Positions 1-12,789 of a DNA stretch of 64,000 nt are shown in pieces. Made by a program: the position numbers and the translations under genes. Under the pieces are notes generated by a model. The model had not been told where the DNA came from and did no database searches. It saw only the letters and a list, made by a program, of their open reading frames with translations. The DNA comes from Antedon mediterranea (taxonomy: Eukaryota; Animalia; Echinodermata). The DNA lies in NCBI RefSeq assembly GCF_964355755.1, contig NC_092679.1, positions 10,585,432 to 10,649,431 of the forward strand, in the 5' to 3' direction. Position 1 is the first letter of the stretch. The number at the start of each line of letters is the position of its first letter.

Positions 1-540
1 TGAATAAACTAACTGTTTTCTTTTAATCAAGATAAATGAAAATGTAATTGTCCTGTAATATTACAATTACCATAACAGTTTTGTTTTTAAAAAAAAAGAA
101 AACCTCAATCTCATTTGCATTTGCAAACCAGATGAACATTTATAACCTTATAATATCTTATCATTTACAAATAAAAGATATAATTGTTAATCTAAGCAAT
201 TTTCATTTCTATGATTACTATAGACAATTGAATGTTTTGATTATGTAAATTATAAAAAACAACTTACAACACAGAAGCTGGATATGTTTATTATTATCAA
301 TATGTAATAACAATGAAACATCAAAGGTATTTTTATTATCCTCATATTTAATATTCATTTATTTTAATTAATAATAAATCAAATAATGTATACCCTCCAA
401 AAAGTCATGCTTTATGTTAATAATTGTACCCCATAACAATACTAAATGGTGAATTTTTTTCTATAGGTTTAATAAAATAAAAACCACATAAATCTATTGG
501 TAAAAACATTTAACTTTTATTATAAGCAATGAAACAGTTT

Positions 541-955
541 CAGTTCAGTTCAGTTTAGCTGTATCATCCTCTGTCGGATGTAGCCCTCCTCATGCTTTTG
601 CCAATCCCGTCTGTTCTGTGCTGTCCTTGCCCACATGATGCCTGCATACTTTGTAATGTCGTCCCTCCATCGCCGTTTCTGCCTTCCCCTTTTTCTTGTG
701 CCGGTTCTTGGTTGCCATTCTGTCATACGTTTTGTCCACCTGTTGTCATCCCTTCTTGCCAGGTGTCCTGCCCAACGCCATTTTGCTTCTTTTATTTTGT
801 TCATTATATCTTTGACTTTAGTCAATTTCCTTATTACTGTGTTTTTGATTTTATCCCTAATTGTCACTCCAAGCATCTGCCTTTCCATAGCTCTTTGTGC
901 AGTGGTTAGTTTTTGTTCCAAAAATTTTGTTGTTGTCCATGTTTCACAACCATAA
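541..955 (-). mobile_element. 5'-truncated RTE-clade LINE
   Basis: Frame reads CETWTT...QRAMERQMLG...KWRWAGHLARRDDNRWTK...PRTGTRKRGRQKRRWRDDI (RTE C-terminus). (CTGAA)n 3' tail. 10-bp TSD GAAACAGTTT at 531-540 and 956-965. Confidence 0.92.
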
Positions 956-1689
956 GAAACAGTTTATATACTACTTATTGGTACCAAGAAATGCAAAATC
1001 TGTTCGCTAAATTCAAAGTTATTAGCAAAAATGTTACCCCTTACCCCATAATTTGAATGATTACAAATTACTAATGCAGTCACAATTCTTAATATTATTA
1101 CACATGTTTATTTGTTTTTAATCTTTAACTTCAATTTCTTGTCCATTGCTTTTATAGGTTTAAAAAAAAAGAAGTTTGTATTAGATTTGTTGTATTTTTG
1201 TGTTAAATATGGAAACTTTATTAATGGTAAATTTGGATGAAATTGCATTTTGTTCAATGACCCTACAATGATGTTACGTTTTATTTTTTCAAATGAATAT
1301 AACAATTAAGCAACCTACACAGTACATATTAGTACCAAAAAAATGCAAATGTGATCACTAAATACAAAGTTATTAGGAAAAATGTAACCCCTTACCCTAA
1401 CAAATAACAATTAACAGACAAAATATCCTCATAAATTCACAAAATATTTGTTTGTTTAACTTCAATTTTCTTGTTCATTGTGTCTATATGTTTGGGAAAA
1501 CATTAACATAAGATCTCGTATATTTTTGTGTTAATTTAGAAGAAATTGCATTTTTGATTAAAGGTCATTGACCTTTGACCTCTAAAACTGTGGAGTAGCT
1601 TTGCATCAGGGTATTCTGTTGATTACACCTATATATGCCTACTTTTAGATATTTTAGTCACCAATTTATTTTCAAGTTAACTGCTCATT

Positions 1690-1985
1690 AATGAAAACAC
1701 TGAGAACATTTGTTTTTTTCTACTCTTTGAATGTCATCATTTTCTACATCATCAGCCTTTCTCTTAATACTAAATATAATAAAATTACATTTCTTTGAAT
1801 TTAATAATAATCTTTTAGATTTAAACCATTCACAAATATAAAATAATTGATTGTTGACAGTACGATATAATTCAAAGATGTCATCATTACTGTAAAATAT
1901 ATTTCTACCATCGGCATATAATATAAAGGACAAAAATGTTTTACAAATATCATTAACATATAAAATAAATAATAATGGTTCTAGT
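1690..1985 (-). mobile_element. Degenerate CR1/L2-group RT fragment
   Basis: PLLFILYVNDI...FILYADG...WFKSKRLLLNSKK, RT core motifs. Confidence 0.75.
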
Positions 1986-2057
1986 AGTACTCCACACTAT
2001 GTTTAAAGAGGTTGTCACTTACGAGAGGCAGTGGTCGTTAAGAAATGTTTATTTAAT

Positions 2058-2634
2058 ATGGAACGCCGGGATTGCCCTTTTTGGCGGAGAAATGGCATTC
2101 AACAGCGACATTGAGCGTCAGCTACACCATCCGGCGACTTGTGCATAATAGTTTAGTTCCCTATGTATTTTCGTGTGCAAATCATGAGGAAAGTGTAAAC
2201 ATGGTGTTTTATGAATATTTGAACATGCTGGTTATAAAAACACAAAAAAACTCAAACAATTTATTTTTGACCTATGACATCAATTTGAATGTTTTTTTGT
2301 TTGCTTTTTTTACAAAATGTCCAAGGACCTTCAAAGGTTAAGCTGTTATCGTTGCGCAATATAGTCGGCATACGATAATGCTCCGAATCCTTTAAGTCGC
2401 CAAATAAAAAAGTAGCCAAAAAAGTTATTCAACCGAAACAAAGTCGGCGCATTAAATTGCAGCTGAAATGAAAAAGAAGTTTTTTGAAAAAAAGTCGCCG
2501 AATGAAAAAGTAGCTAGCTGAAGCATAAAAAAGTCGCCGCTAAGTACCAAAGTCCGCAAAATGTTTAGGTCACCGAAAGAAATAGTGGTCACTGCATTAA
2601 AAGGACGCCCAAAGTGGCACTCCCAGCATTTCAT
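2058..2634. mobile_element. MITE-like element with imperfect ~29-bp TIRs and internal AAAAGTCGCC-type repeats
   Basis: Left ATGGAACGCCGGGATTGCCCTTTTTGGCG versus reverse complement of right end ATGAAATGCTGGGAGTGCCACTTTGGGCG. Superfamily unclear. Confidence 0.55.
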
Positions 2635-2969
2635 AATTTAACTATTAAAGCAAAAACAACTTGTTGAAGCTGGCGGTCAACGAAATCAAAACAACAACAG
2701 CGGTGACTTCTTCCGGCGGGTGGCCGATGACAATAACGGTGTCTAATATCGTGATAACTACCAATTCCTTATAAATACACATGTAGTTATCTTTTGAATA
2801 TTTTACATTAATTATGACACACCTATCCTTGACACTGATTACATATCATGTGCCCTGCATAAAATTTGATCCATGCAGGGTTTTTTGTGTGAATTAAATA
2901 ATTAATGTATTAAATTTGTAGAAGGAATACAATATTTATGTTAAAAGATGGATTCGTCTATTTAACACA

Positions 2970-3085
2970 GTTCAATTCACATTTATTTACTCATCGTTTA
3001 TAAATACAGTTTCATAGCATAAATGATGGCAAGGATCCTGCATAGAGAAGTTTACACTTCTGTTTTCGCAGGACCCTTTTACATA
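2970..3085 (-). mobile_element. LINE (CR1/L2-like) 3'-UTR remnant with stem-loop; second copy at about 56588-56720
   Basis: GGATCCTGCATA...AGGACCCTTTTACATA shared by both copies, next to ATTTC/TTTATT tail-like sequence. Confidence 0.5.
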
Positions 3086-5149
3086 AAAAACATAAAACAA
3101 TAAACACAACATAATAGATACAAAATAAAAAAAAAAACATTTCCTATATACATTTTAGAGTTGTTCATCATCAAAAAGCGATACTGTTTTTCTAACATGA
3201 TTATTTATACATTTTGTCTTAAAAAAGAAGATATTCAGTTTATTACTTCCAGTAACTTGGGTCGTTAAATACAACAGTGCATCTTTCCTCTCATGAAAAC
3301 ATTTTATCCATAAACATTAATTATTATTCACTGTCATTGCTTATAAATTGTCCACACCAACACCTTCCCAGTTTGGTTATTATCATGATCAGTGGTTACA
3401 TAGTTTTACAGCAAGCACTTTCTTTTACAACAAAAATATTTTTTATTTGATCTTGAAATGAATCCTTCATTTCATGTCAACTGAAAAATAAAGAATTAAA
3501 TAATGAAAAAAAGTAAGAATTTAGTAGTACTGTAGTAGTAATTTGTGGGAAATAATAAAAATAATTGGGAAAAAGTGTCAATTAATGAATAATGAGTGAA
3601 AATTTTTAGATAAGGTGATGTTTCTCTAGAAAAATGTGATTAAAATTATAACAAATATAAGAAAAAGAGAAGTATACTCTAAGAAATAATGATATCAGTA
3701 ATATTTTAAAACATTTTTAATTTTTAAATACGGGATTAATATGATATGAGTAATTTATAATAAACAATCATCAAACTATTTAAATTCAAATAGTGTACAT
3801 AATGTTTGCATACTGGTAAAAAACATTACATTCCTAGTTGAAAGCAATGTGGTAGTAATGGACATACAATAAGGATTATATTACGATGAGTTGTATGTAC
3901 TGTAATTAAATACAGTAGTAACAAATCATCTGTTGAAAACACAAGTTATTTGATATAGTATCAATGTTGTACTATTAATCCATAAATGAAACAATATCAA
4001 GTACAGTATAAAATATTAAAACCTTTTACTTAAAAAATAAATAACAATTCTTTCTAAAAGTTCTTATTTTTTTATTTTAACAATAGTTTAACTGAATAAT
4101 ATACTAGCAGATATACTAAAAATATTTTTTGCCTAATTGTAATTCAGTATGTTTTACTTAGTAAAATCAACATTTTTGATACATACTTTTTTAAATTGTG
4201 TGGCTTCTGGTTTAAATCAAAATATGAATTTGATACAAAATAATTGAATGCAAATATTAGAAATACACAAAAAAAATCCTGTTCGTAAAATGGTAGATCC
4301 GTCTGCCTACAGACAAAGGATAAAATTTGTTAACTAGTAGCTTCACTGAAAACACAATGATATGCCAGCACCAGGGCTTAAACCAGTAGTATTTATCAGT
4401 CATAAAATGAGAGCAGCACGTGTTGATGAAAATCTACTGTGCCTAGGGAGCCGTCCAACCAGAATGTATCAGTCAATAAGTAGTATCATTTGACCCAACT
4501 GCTGACCCAGTATGCATTCCAAAAGACTGCTGGCCTTATTTAGACTAGCAATCAGCAGGACACCACATCCTTAATGTATGCATACATCATCTTTATACTG
4601 ATGGTATTATATTTTCACAACAGCAGCCAGTTTTCAATTGTGAGGATACACACAGACACAAAACAGAACAAAACATTCTTCTATCTACACTACAATACAA
4701 CAACAAAAGTTAAATTATGCTTAATCATCAACATTCAATGTATGTTTGCTAATAAATATTATAATGGTTTACTAATTTAAAAATCCATAAGTATATTCAT
4801 GTATATGAGGCTAAATAGGATAACAATATTCTTAACATTTTAAGTATAAGGATATCTTTGCATGAGATGCATACAATATAAATGTTTGAAGACATGGTAT
4901 TACTATTAGTTTGACATTATTTTAAACAGGTTAAAAAATTCTTACAATGCACTATATATTTAACTTATTTAATGTAATGATGTAATGTATAATCATGAGA
5001 AACGTATTACTGATTTAGTTTTACTAGGGCCTGTTTTTGCTGACAATACCATATGGAATGTTAAACATTTGATTGTTATTATTTTGTGGGCGAGAATTAT
5101 ACCTAGAGACTCTAGAGAAACCATGGACCTATAATTAAGTATTGGTACG

Positions 5150-5510
5150 GTAGTAGGCCTAGATGTTTATTTTACAAATAATATAGCTTTACGTAAGACT
5201 TCCATAACTTGAACTGCGCTGTGGGTATGGATGACATGATTTTTAAAAAGCGATTACCAGATACCCTGAACATTTTCAGTTGCAACACGGTCAATTCTGT
5301 GGTTTGTGGTACTTTATTTTTTCAGCAGAAACAGACCCTTAGAATAATAATCGAACTGTTATCTACAATTTACCAAGCATTTGTTATTCTTTTTTACCAT
5401 TTTTCATATCTATTAGACTTTAGAAGATTTTATTTTATTATAAATGTTACATATTATTAAAACTAAAAATTAAAGGTGTCCCTCGAATAAGCACCTCCCT
5501 CAAATGAAAT
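5150..5510. repeat. Dispersed repeat (Tc1/mariner-pogo-like MITE remnant); inverted copy at about 50190-50510
   Basis: 5345-5505 is the reverse complement of about 50215-50365 (e.g. GAATAAGCACCTCCCTCAAATGA). Confidence 0.6.
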
Positions 5511-5999
5511 TTGTGGATAAATAACAATAAAATACAGTATTTATACCGAATTTCTATTTGTGTATCTTTTTCTTCCGCCAATAAAAATACTGTTTGACAC
5601 TCAATATACATAATAGTAAGGCAAGAAAAGAAGACAAGATGTAGGTAGTACAAGATGTAGGTAGTACAATATATAATAATACAAATTTACATAGTTTTTT
5701 GCAAATTGTTTTACTTCTGATAAATTATTTATAAAAAACTATTAATGAGATGTAATGTTTTACTGACTCATAGAAACATCAATAGTTACAAAATCCATAG
5801 GACCAAGAACAATAGTGTCACCATGGTGACATTGTGACTAGATGTTTTAAAATTACAAATTACTATAGCAATAAGTGGATTATAAAGCCATCTGGAAATT
5901 GGCCGATGAAACCAGACTGAAGATGTAAACCACTCACAAGTTTTATCAAGATAAAAGCAAGGCAATGTAACAACAGGACACAATCAGTTCCACAAGCCC

Positions 6000-7720
6000 T
6001 AAGCTTTTTGACTGATTTTCGATTGCCCAATTGAGAAAAATGGGGAGCGCATTAGCGCGATGCACTATATTAAATTAGATTAAGTAGTACAAAAAAGAAA
6101 AAAATTCTATTTTTTAAATTCCAGTGGCCATATGGTGACGTCAGAACATCCTGTAGGTAAAAATTGTACATGAATTGATATTTACAACTCATCAACATTT
6201 AAAAAAATTGGGGTAACCAGGCAACTTGAGGAGCTATAACTGATTAAAAATTAATGTTATCGTTATTTTGCAATTAAAGTTCATCAAAATAAATGAAATC
6301 TACTAAAGATGGTATGAAAAACCAAAATCAATTGAAAAATTGTGCGCACCCATGTGCGTAAAACGCAAACAATTTAGAAATGCTCAAAATTACCTGAAAT
6401 GTACGCAAAATTGATAAGAAATTAATTTTGCGCATTTAAAAATTTAAAATATGCGTTAAATTTTTGCGTAGTATGCCATTTTTAACATGTCAAAAATTGC
6501 TACATATTACGAAATAGACTTTCGTAAAGTTTCATTGAAAAATAAATTTTTCTTAAGAATTTATGATCAACCATAACATTTTATGAAATCATGCGTCAAT
6601 CTGTTGACAAAGTTATACAATCTTATGTTGACAAGAATGAGAGATATGCGTGCAACAAAATTCCTGGAAAGAAAGAAGAATAAAGAAGAAGATGAAAAAA
6701 AAGATCGTGACAATCACAAGGGTTATCCGCTAGATTTGAAGAAAATAAAATGTTAGTGTGCCCTTTATTTTGTGTTTAAGTATATACACTATACTGTATA
6801 CATACTACATACAGTGCAGAATAGGTGGAAATAACGAAACCCGCCTTTTATTCCAATGTTTAACATGATGACGTCATCATAATAAAACGCGTAGATTTTG
6901 GAAGGGAATTATCTGAGCAACAACATATTATATTAACGTGTTGAAGAAATTTGGATACGTATAATATGGATGCGCAATATTTTAAATGTCATGAATTATG
7001 AAGCAAAATATAAAAATACGACTTTTATAATTCAACTGGCCATATGATGGTGTCACAACATCCGATACGCAAAATGTTTACATGAATTTGTATCTACAAT
7101 TCAACAGCTTCCAGAAAACGTTTTAACTATGGGTATCACTTTTCATTCTGAGGAGCTATAACATATTTAAATTTAATGGAATGATGAAAATAAGTGACCC
7201 AAGTTATTTACACTTTTAAAAATGATAAATCATACAAAAGATAATTGATTGACCTATAGAAAATATAAAACAATGGGGGATGTGATGATCTATGACGAAA
7301 GAGACAAAAATCCTATTATTTATATTCGAGTGGCCATACGATGACGTCAAAATGTCCGGTGAGCCATATTGATGAATGATCCGATATCTACATTTTATTT
7401 ACTTCCAGAATATGTAATAAAAAAAAACTTCATCATGTAGTTTAGAAACTATGACTGTTAGGAATAATTGTGACAAATTTTTCATCAAATTTTTCATCGA
7501 ATTGTCCAATTTGAAGTGTTCGTAAGACGTGATTTTAAGTCGAAATTGTTTAAAAGTTGGTAAAATTACTAGAAAAGGCTGAAAAAATATAATTCATGCA
7601 AAAAAAGATGTTTTTAGCACTATATGCGCGCCGCGCACGTAAAAATGTGAGCGTGCCTGGACATTTTTACATGCTTAAAATGACATGAAAGGCGTAGAAA
7701 GTTGATAAGAAATTGAATGA
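6000..7720 (+). mobile_element. Two adjacent copies of a Helentron-associated (HINE/DINE-like) non-autonomous repeat family
   Basis: 6340-6735 aligns with 37240-37660; 6790-6880 aligns with 37040-37120 and 50010-50090. Ends with a GAA-rich tract then AGGGTTATCCG. Confidence 0.6.
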
Positions 7721-8402
7721 ACAAATCATGGAGTAAAGAATAAGACAACCCATATGACAGAGTGTGCAGTGGCCTTTTGTACCTTCTCATGACGCAAAAA
7801 AAACAATCCAAACAGTTAGAAATTCATTCTGAGCATGTTCAGAAATATATCCACACAAAAAAATACCGTTTGAAAGCCAGCGGTAAAATGTACGCGGTAT
7901 TGTAATGCTTGTTAATTTTACGCTGCAGTCTGTATTTATATATAGGCTCTTCCAATACTGGACTTCTATAACGTTAATGGTTATTATAATTATATAATAA
8001 ATTTTAATTTAGAGACAGAAAAAAACATTTAGCATGAAATTAAGGGTGTTGCCAGGGCAACTGGGGCAACCCTCTGCGTCCGTCCCTGCCTATATGTTTA
8101 CTCAACTATGTCTGGTAGACCCATTCATAATATATTTGTTGATGATCAATGTTTGAATCGCAATAATGTAGAGGCCACAATTAGGCAGGCAATTACATTA
8201 CTTTCCTTTTAGTGGTGTCATACAGTAGTAGTTCAGCCAATACTTTTGGGTCAGCTGGGGGACAATTTATAGTCTATACAATGAGAACTGTGATGGAATT
8301 GACAGAAATGTTATGGGTGTGTGCCAGCAATATCATGGATGTTATGCCAAATGTGATTTTTATTGTGTAAAAACGTAGGACCTAAAAAATTAATGCAATG
8401 AA

Positions 8403-9024
8403 GGGCCTGTTTCTGCTGCATATCCTCAAAATATGGTATATTTTATACCATATTTTGAGTACCCTGTTTCTGCTAGAAGTACTATCTTGGGTGGTCGTGT
8501 TAAAATTTATCTTTTTTACCCAACCTGCTTTTCGATTACCAAAGATGGGGACAAGTTATACCTTTCTTGCCTGAATTAGAATTTGTTATCTTTTGCGATG
8601 TTGTAGCCTCTGCTTCACAGTCATTGTTATTGACTACGACAAGTTCACACCCCATACTCTCCTTTAATTTTTGCTAAGTTACTGTATCTTTCTAGACCTG
8701 GCTGGCTGTTCCTTTTTAATTTTCTTGAAATCTTTGTTTCTTCAAAAGATTATTTGCAAATGTTGTGATGCTTTCAGAAAATCAAAATATACAGTTTTTT
8801 TTATTGGCAGCAGAAAAAGGTATCCAATATATGGTATAAATCTATAAATTCTGTATTTTATCCACAAATTTTGTGGGAAAAGAATGGTATACAAAATATA
8901 GTACAGGTATATATATTTTTTATGAGTGCCGTTTCCATTGCCAAAAATGCAGAAGACAGTACTAAAAAATATTTAAAAAATACTGTATTAAATACGGTAT
9001 TTACTTGGTAGCAGAAGCAGGGCC
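8403..9024. mobile_element. Harbinger-like deletion derivative with possible Myb/SANT relic
   Basis: Ends GGGCCTGTTTCTGCTGC and GTAGCAGAAGCAGGGCC. Minus-strand interior gives degenerate ISRKLK..RYSNL..SGKKGITCPH. Related motifs at about 5028 and 47795-48140. Confidence 0.45.
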
Positions 9025-9329
9025 ATAGATAGTTCTGCCATTTTCTTTAATGAACAATGTACTTAAGTACATAATACAAATTAAGGAGATATTAAGGGTG
9101 CTTTACAACTTCACAGTATGTGTACAAACAATGAATATCAGGATGTTTTTTTCTTCACTGACATTGCTGGAAAATGCTTAACGTTGATCTATTAATCAAT
9201 ACAGAACAAGGCTGATTATTGTCACAAAGGATATCATACAAACAATGTCTTATAGCAAAATAATAGTCAACAATATGGTGTAGCCATTGCAAATTATTAA
9301 CCTCATATGATATATGATGTATTTCTTTT

Positions 9330-9435
9330 CTAGCTCGTTTCTAGTTTTTGATTTAGCTTTTTGCATATTTTATTTCAATTGAGATCCAGCCCACAGCATT
9401 GTCATTTTCCTAGTAATTTGCCTTTGGATTTAAAT
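9330..9435 (+). mobile_element. Penelope pLTR fragment
   Basis: TTGAGATCCAGC..CACAGCATTGTCATTTT..AGTAATTTGCCTTTGGATTT shared with 25345-25410 and 44365-44430. Confidence 0.7.
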
Positions 9436-9446
9436 CTAAAATAATA

Positions 9447-10045
9447 TATTATTATTATTTTTGTTATTGTTGTTGTTATTATTGTTTTTCTTATTGTTGT
9501 TATTATTGGTAGTTGGTCATGTCTCAACTGCTTCCCGCAGTTGACATAACACCTTCCTCAATATGTGTGCTGTTCCCACGATAGCCGACATCTGAGCGCT
9601 CCCTACGATGTCCGGTACATTTAACTTTTCATGCTATTTTTTTGCATTTTTTAAAAATTGTTTAAAGAGAGCCAATTACTATTGGAACCACTATAACCTT
9701 TGCTCTGTGGATTCTCTTGATTTCAAAAGCCAGTTCTTGGTATTTTTCTACCTTTTCTTTCTCTCTGTTTATGATGTTTTGGTCCGCTGGCACAGCTATG
9801 TCAACCAATGTCCACCAATGTCCATTCATATGTGGGTCTACATTTCTTAACAATAGTAATATCAGGTCGATTGTGTTTTAATTTCTTTTGTAAACTGTCA
9901 TGTCCCAAGTAATTCAAATGTTTTTATTCTCTGTGACTGCTAATGGCTGATGGTAATACCATTTGTCAGTACATTCATATTTTTTGCAAATCTCCCAGTG
10001 TACCCGCAATGCTACCATGTCATGACACTTTCTATACACTCTGGG
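9447..10045 (-). mobile_element. R4/Dong-like non-LTR retrotransposon 3' end with restriction-like endonuclease
   Basis: YRKCHDMVALRVHWEICKKY...HNRPDITIV...LVDIAVPADQNIINREKEKVEKYQELAFEI...VVPIVIGSL (RH / PD-D-K RLE motifs), frameshifted. (AAT/AAC)n tail at 9447-9510. Confidence 0.9.
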
Positions 10046-11345
10046 TGTAGTAGTATTAGTAGTAGCATATATATATTGTATATATAGAATAATTAAAAAT
10101 GCCAACATCTTAAGTTTAACAAAAACGGGAGGTGTGGATTTTTTTAAAGGTCAATAAAACCTTCTATTTATTAAAGCCCAGAATCGAAGAGGTAAAGAGT
10201 GCAGGGTGTGAGGTGACAAGCAGTATTTCATTTCATTTTCATTTTTATTTCTGTATTTTGTATTGTATTGCTATGGAGGAAAATAAATGTCTTTTGAATT
10301 GAAATGGTCGATAGGTAAGGGGAATCCCCTTTTCATTTGGAAAAAAAACCACAAAATATTAATTATTGTACAATGGCTTAAATATTGCAAAATCCATTGC
10401 ATTCACATGCATATATATATCAACATTCAGTTAACTTTGTAATCTGGGAGAAAATATGAAAAACCAAGAGATTGCCATATTTAACAAAAATGGGAGTGTT
10501 GGCAATAATATTATATTGGACTGCATTGCAGTAAAGGTACTTTTGTACTATTTTAAAAAAAATGGAAATAATGATTACATAATTGTATTAATTAGTTAGC
10601 AAAAAAAAAAAAAGTGGGTACTTTTTGTACTGATATCAATGAAATATTAATACAATTAATTTGATTTCTTGTACAACATAGTTAGGATATATTTGAACAT
10701 GGATTCTATGTTTTTAAGTGCAGTGCTTTTCTGCCAACCATCTGTTGTGCTGATTTGTGATCACAAGTCTATTTTGAGTAAAAATTACAACATGATCAGT
10801 TTATAAACAGCTAGTAAAACCTGTTTTGAAGGATGTCAATTCTTTAAAAAAAAAATTAGAAATGGGCCTCATTTCTCTAACAATAAAGTACTGTATTCTA
10901 AATTGTGTTTTTTATACAGTGACAAGTCAGATGTACAAAATGTATCTAAAAATTAAATAAATAGCAACATGATTTAAGAGTTGGTGCATTGAATATTACA
11001 ATTCCAATAAAATACAATACAATATGACACATTCTATTATAAAATCTACTGCATGAACAGTTCATCATAGAATTACCATTTGAAACATGGAGGTTAACGA
11101 CCAGGAATGATCACATCAGGAGTCAGAGGTCATCAATAAAAAAATACATGACTTTGAAATATGCATAATTGACAAACAAGTTTGATTATGAGTCCGTTTT
11201 CACATATACATATTTAAAAAGCGAGCGGGATCTGCCATACTCAATCTACCACACCTACAATATTTCCATAAGTAAGTTTGGATATGACAGATACCGTGTA
11301 GTTCCAGCGCAATTTGGGAGCCAAAATATATATTTTAAAATTGCT

Positions 11346-11777
11346 GTATGTTCAGACTCACAGCCTTATGCAAGGTAGCGTTATGTAAGTGGCGTACATA
11401 TTTTTGTGTCTGAAGTAGGCTTTGGAACAGACAGCTGTTATGAATAATAAATAATGTACACTTAATAAAACTAGCAGCACAGGGCAGATTTAATAACGCT
11501 AATCCAATGATGCATCAGTGATTTTTCTAAGCGTCAAATCAATTTTCAGATTTTCAATTTTAAATAGTACAGTTGGCGTCGGAGATATGTTAGTAATCAT
11601 AATTAGTTAGTAATAATATGATATAAGTAATCAGATAATTTTCCGTGTAATAAAGTATATGTAAATCAGTATATTTGAAGGTAAAATTATATAAATAACA
11701 AAAAAGAACTTTACAATGTAAACTCTAGATAGTTCTATCTGAACCAGATTGTTGTCTCTGAACACTTTTAACGCCAC
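11346..11777. mobile_element. Truncated copy of the 46124-46769 Harbinger-type MITE
   Basis: GTATGTTCAGACTCAC start and colinear blocks (GGCGTACATATTTTTGTGTCTGAA; TAACGCTAATCCA.TGATGCATCAGTGATTTT). Right TIR lost. Confidence 0.8.
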
Positions 11778-12789
11778 AGATGGTTCTCGGATACAGTCAT
11801 TTCAGCATAAAAAAACTGACGATTTTAAATGTACGTACCGCAGGACTATAATACATGTCGTTTACAGGAATGAATAAATAGACACAGTGATTTATGTAGT
11901 CAAATAAAATTAGCATCCTGAGAATTACTTACGAAAGAAAAGTAACTTTATATACCATCGAGTAAAAATTCTAGAAGTAATTCGCGATTTACCGAATTTT
12001 GCCCTTACGTAAAATGCCGTGTAAGTAGCGTTTACTCCGTTTGTTGATCTCACCACACACAAAAATGAATATCTCTACTTTCTTGCATGAAACTATGAAA
12101 ACTCAAAAAGTGGGTTACTTTTATTTTACTAATTACAAGTTGAATAACGTTCATACCAACCAGTGTAAAGCTAAAATCTTTAGGGGTCTTTTAGTCCTTA
12201 TTACATATCAATCAGATCACATACATAGTTTCAATCAGCTTTGTAAAAACATAGAAATTGGCTAAAATTGCTGTCTGTGGCAGTTTCTAACGGGATGTGT
12301 TAAGGCCATACGGTTAATTGTGTCATTCATCCTACTTGTCCTACAATATTATGACGTTTACTAGTACACAAATCAATCTAGTATTAAAAGAATAAGCTTA
12401 TAATACATTATCCTGTTCTTTATATTAAAAAAGACAAATAAAAAGTAGTATATGCAATTAGAGTATATGGGGGTGTAGGCAGATGTGACAGCGAGAGTAG
12501 TACTTTTTAAGAGGGCTTGTATAGTTTGATTTATCTTCACCATATTTCATAAAGTATTGTTATTAGTAATATTGGAGAGTGCAACCTTATACGGTGATGT
12601 TTGTACATTTTAAGCCATTCTGGCCATAAATGAAATATTCTTGTTCATATAATCGAGTTATGAGATGTGAAATAAAAATTAAACGATATAATAAGTACAT
12701 TGGTACTGAATGAACAATCGGTGGAAATCTGCACACCAAAAAAAATGGAGAAAAATATAGGCCTATAGTATACTCTACTTTTTATTTAA

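Noticed and set aside
592-955. Plus-strand ORFs of 105 and 106 aa
   Set aside because: Antisense shadows of the RTE fragment.
4290-4570. GC-richer patch as an exon or tRNA gene
   Set aside because: No recognisable protein or cloverleaf; at most a decayed SINE-like box B on the minus strand.
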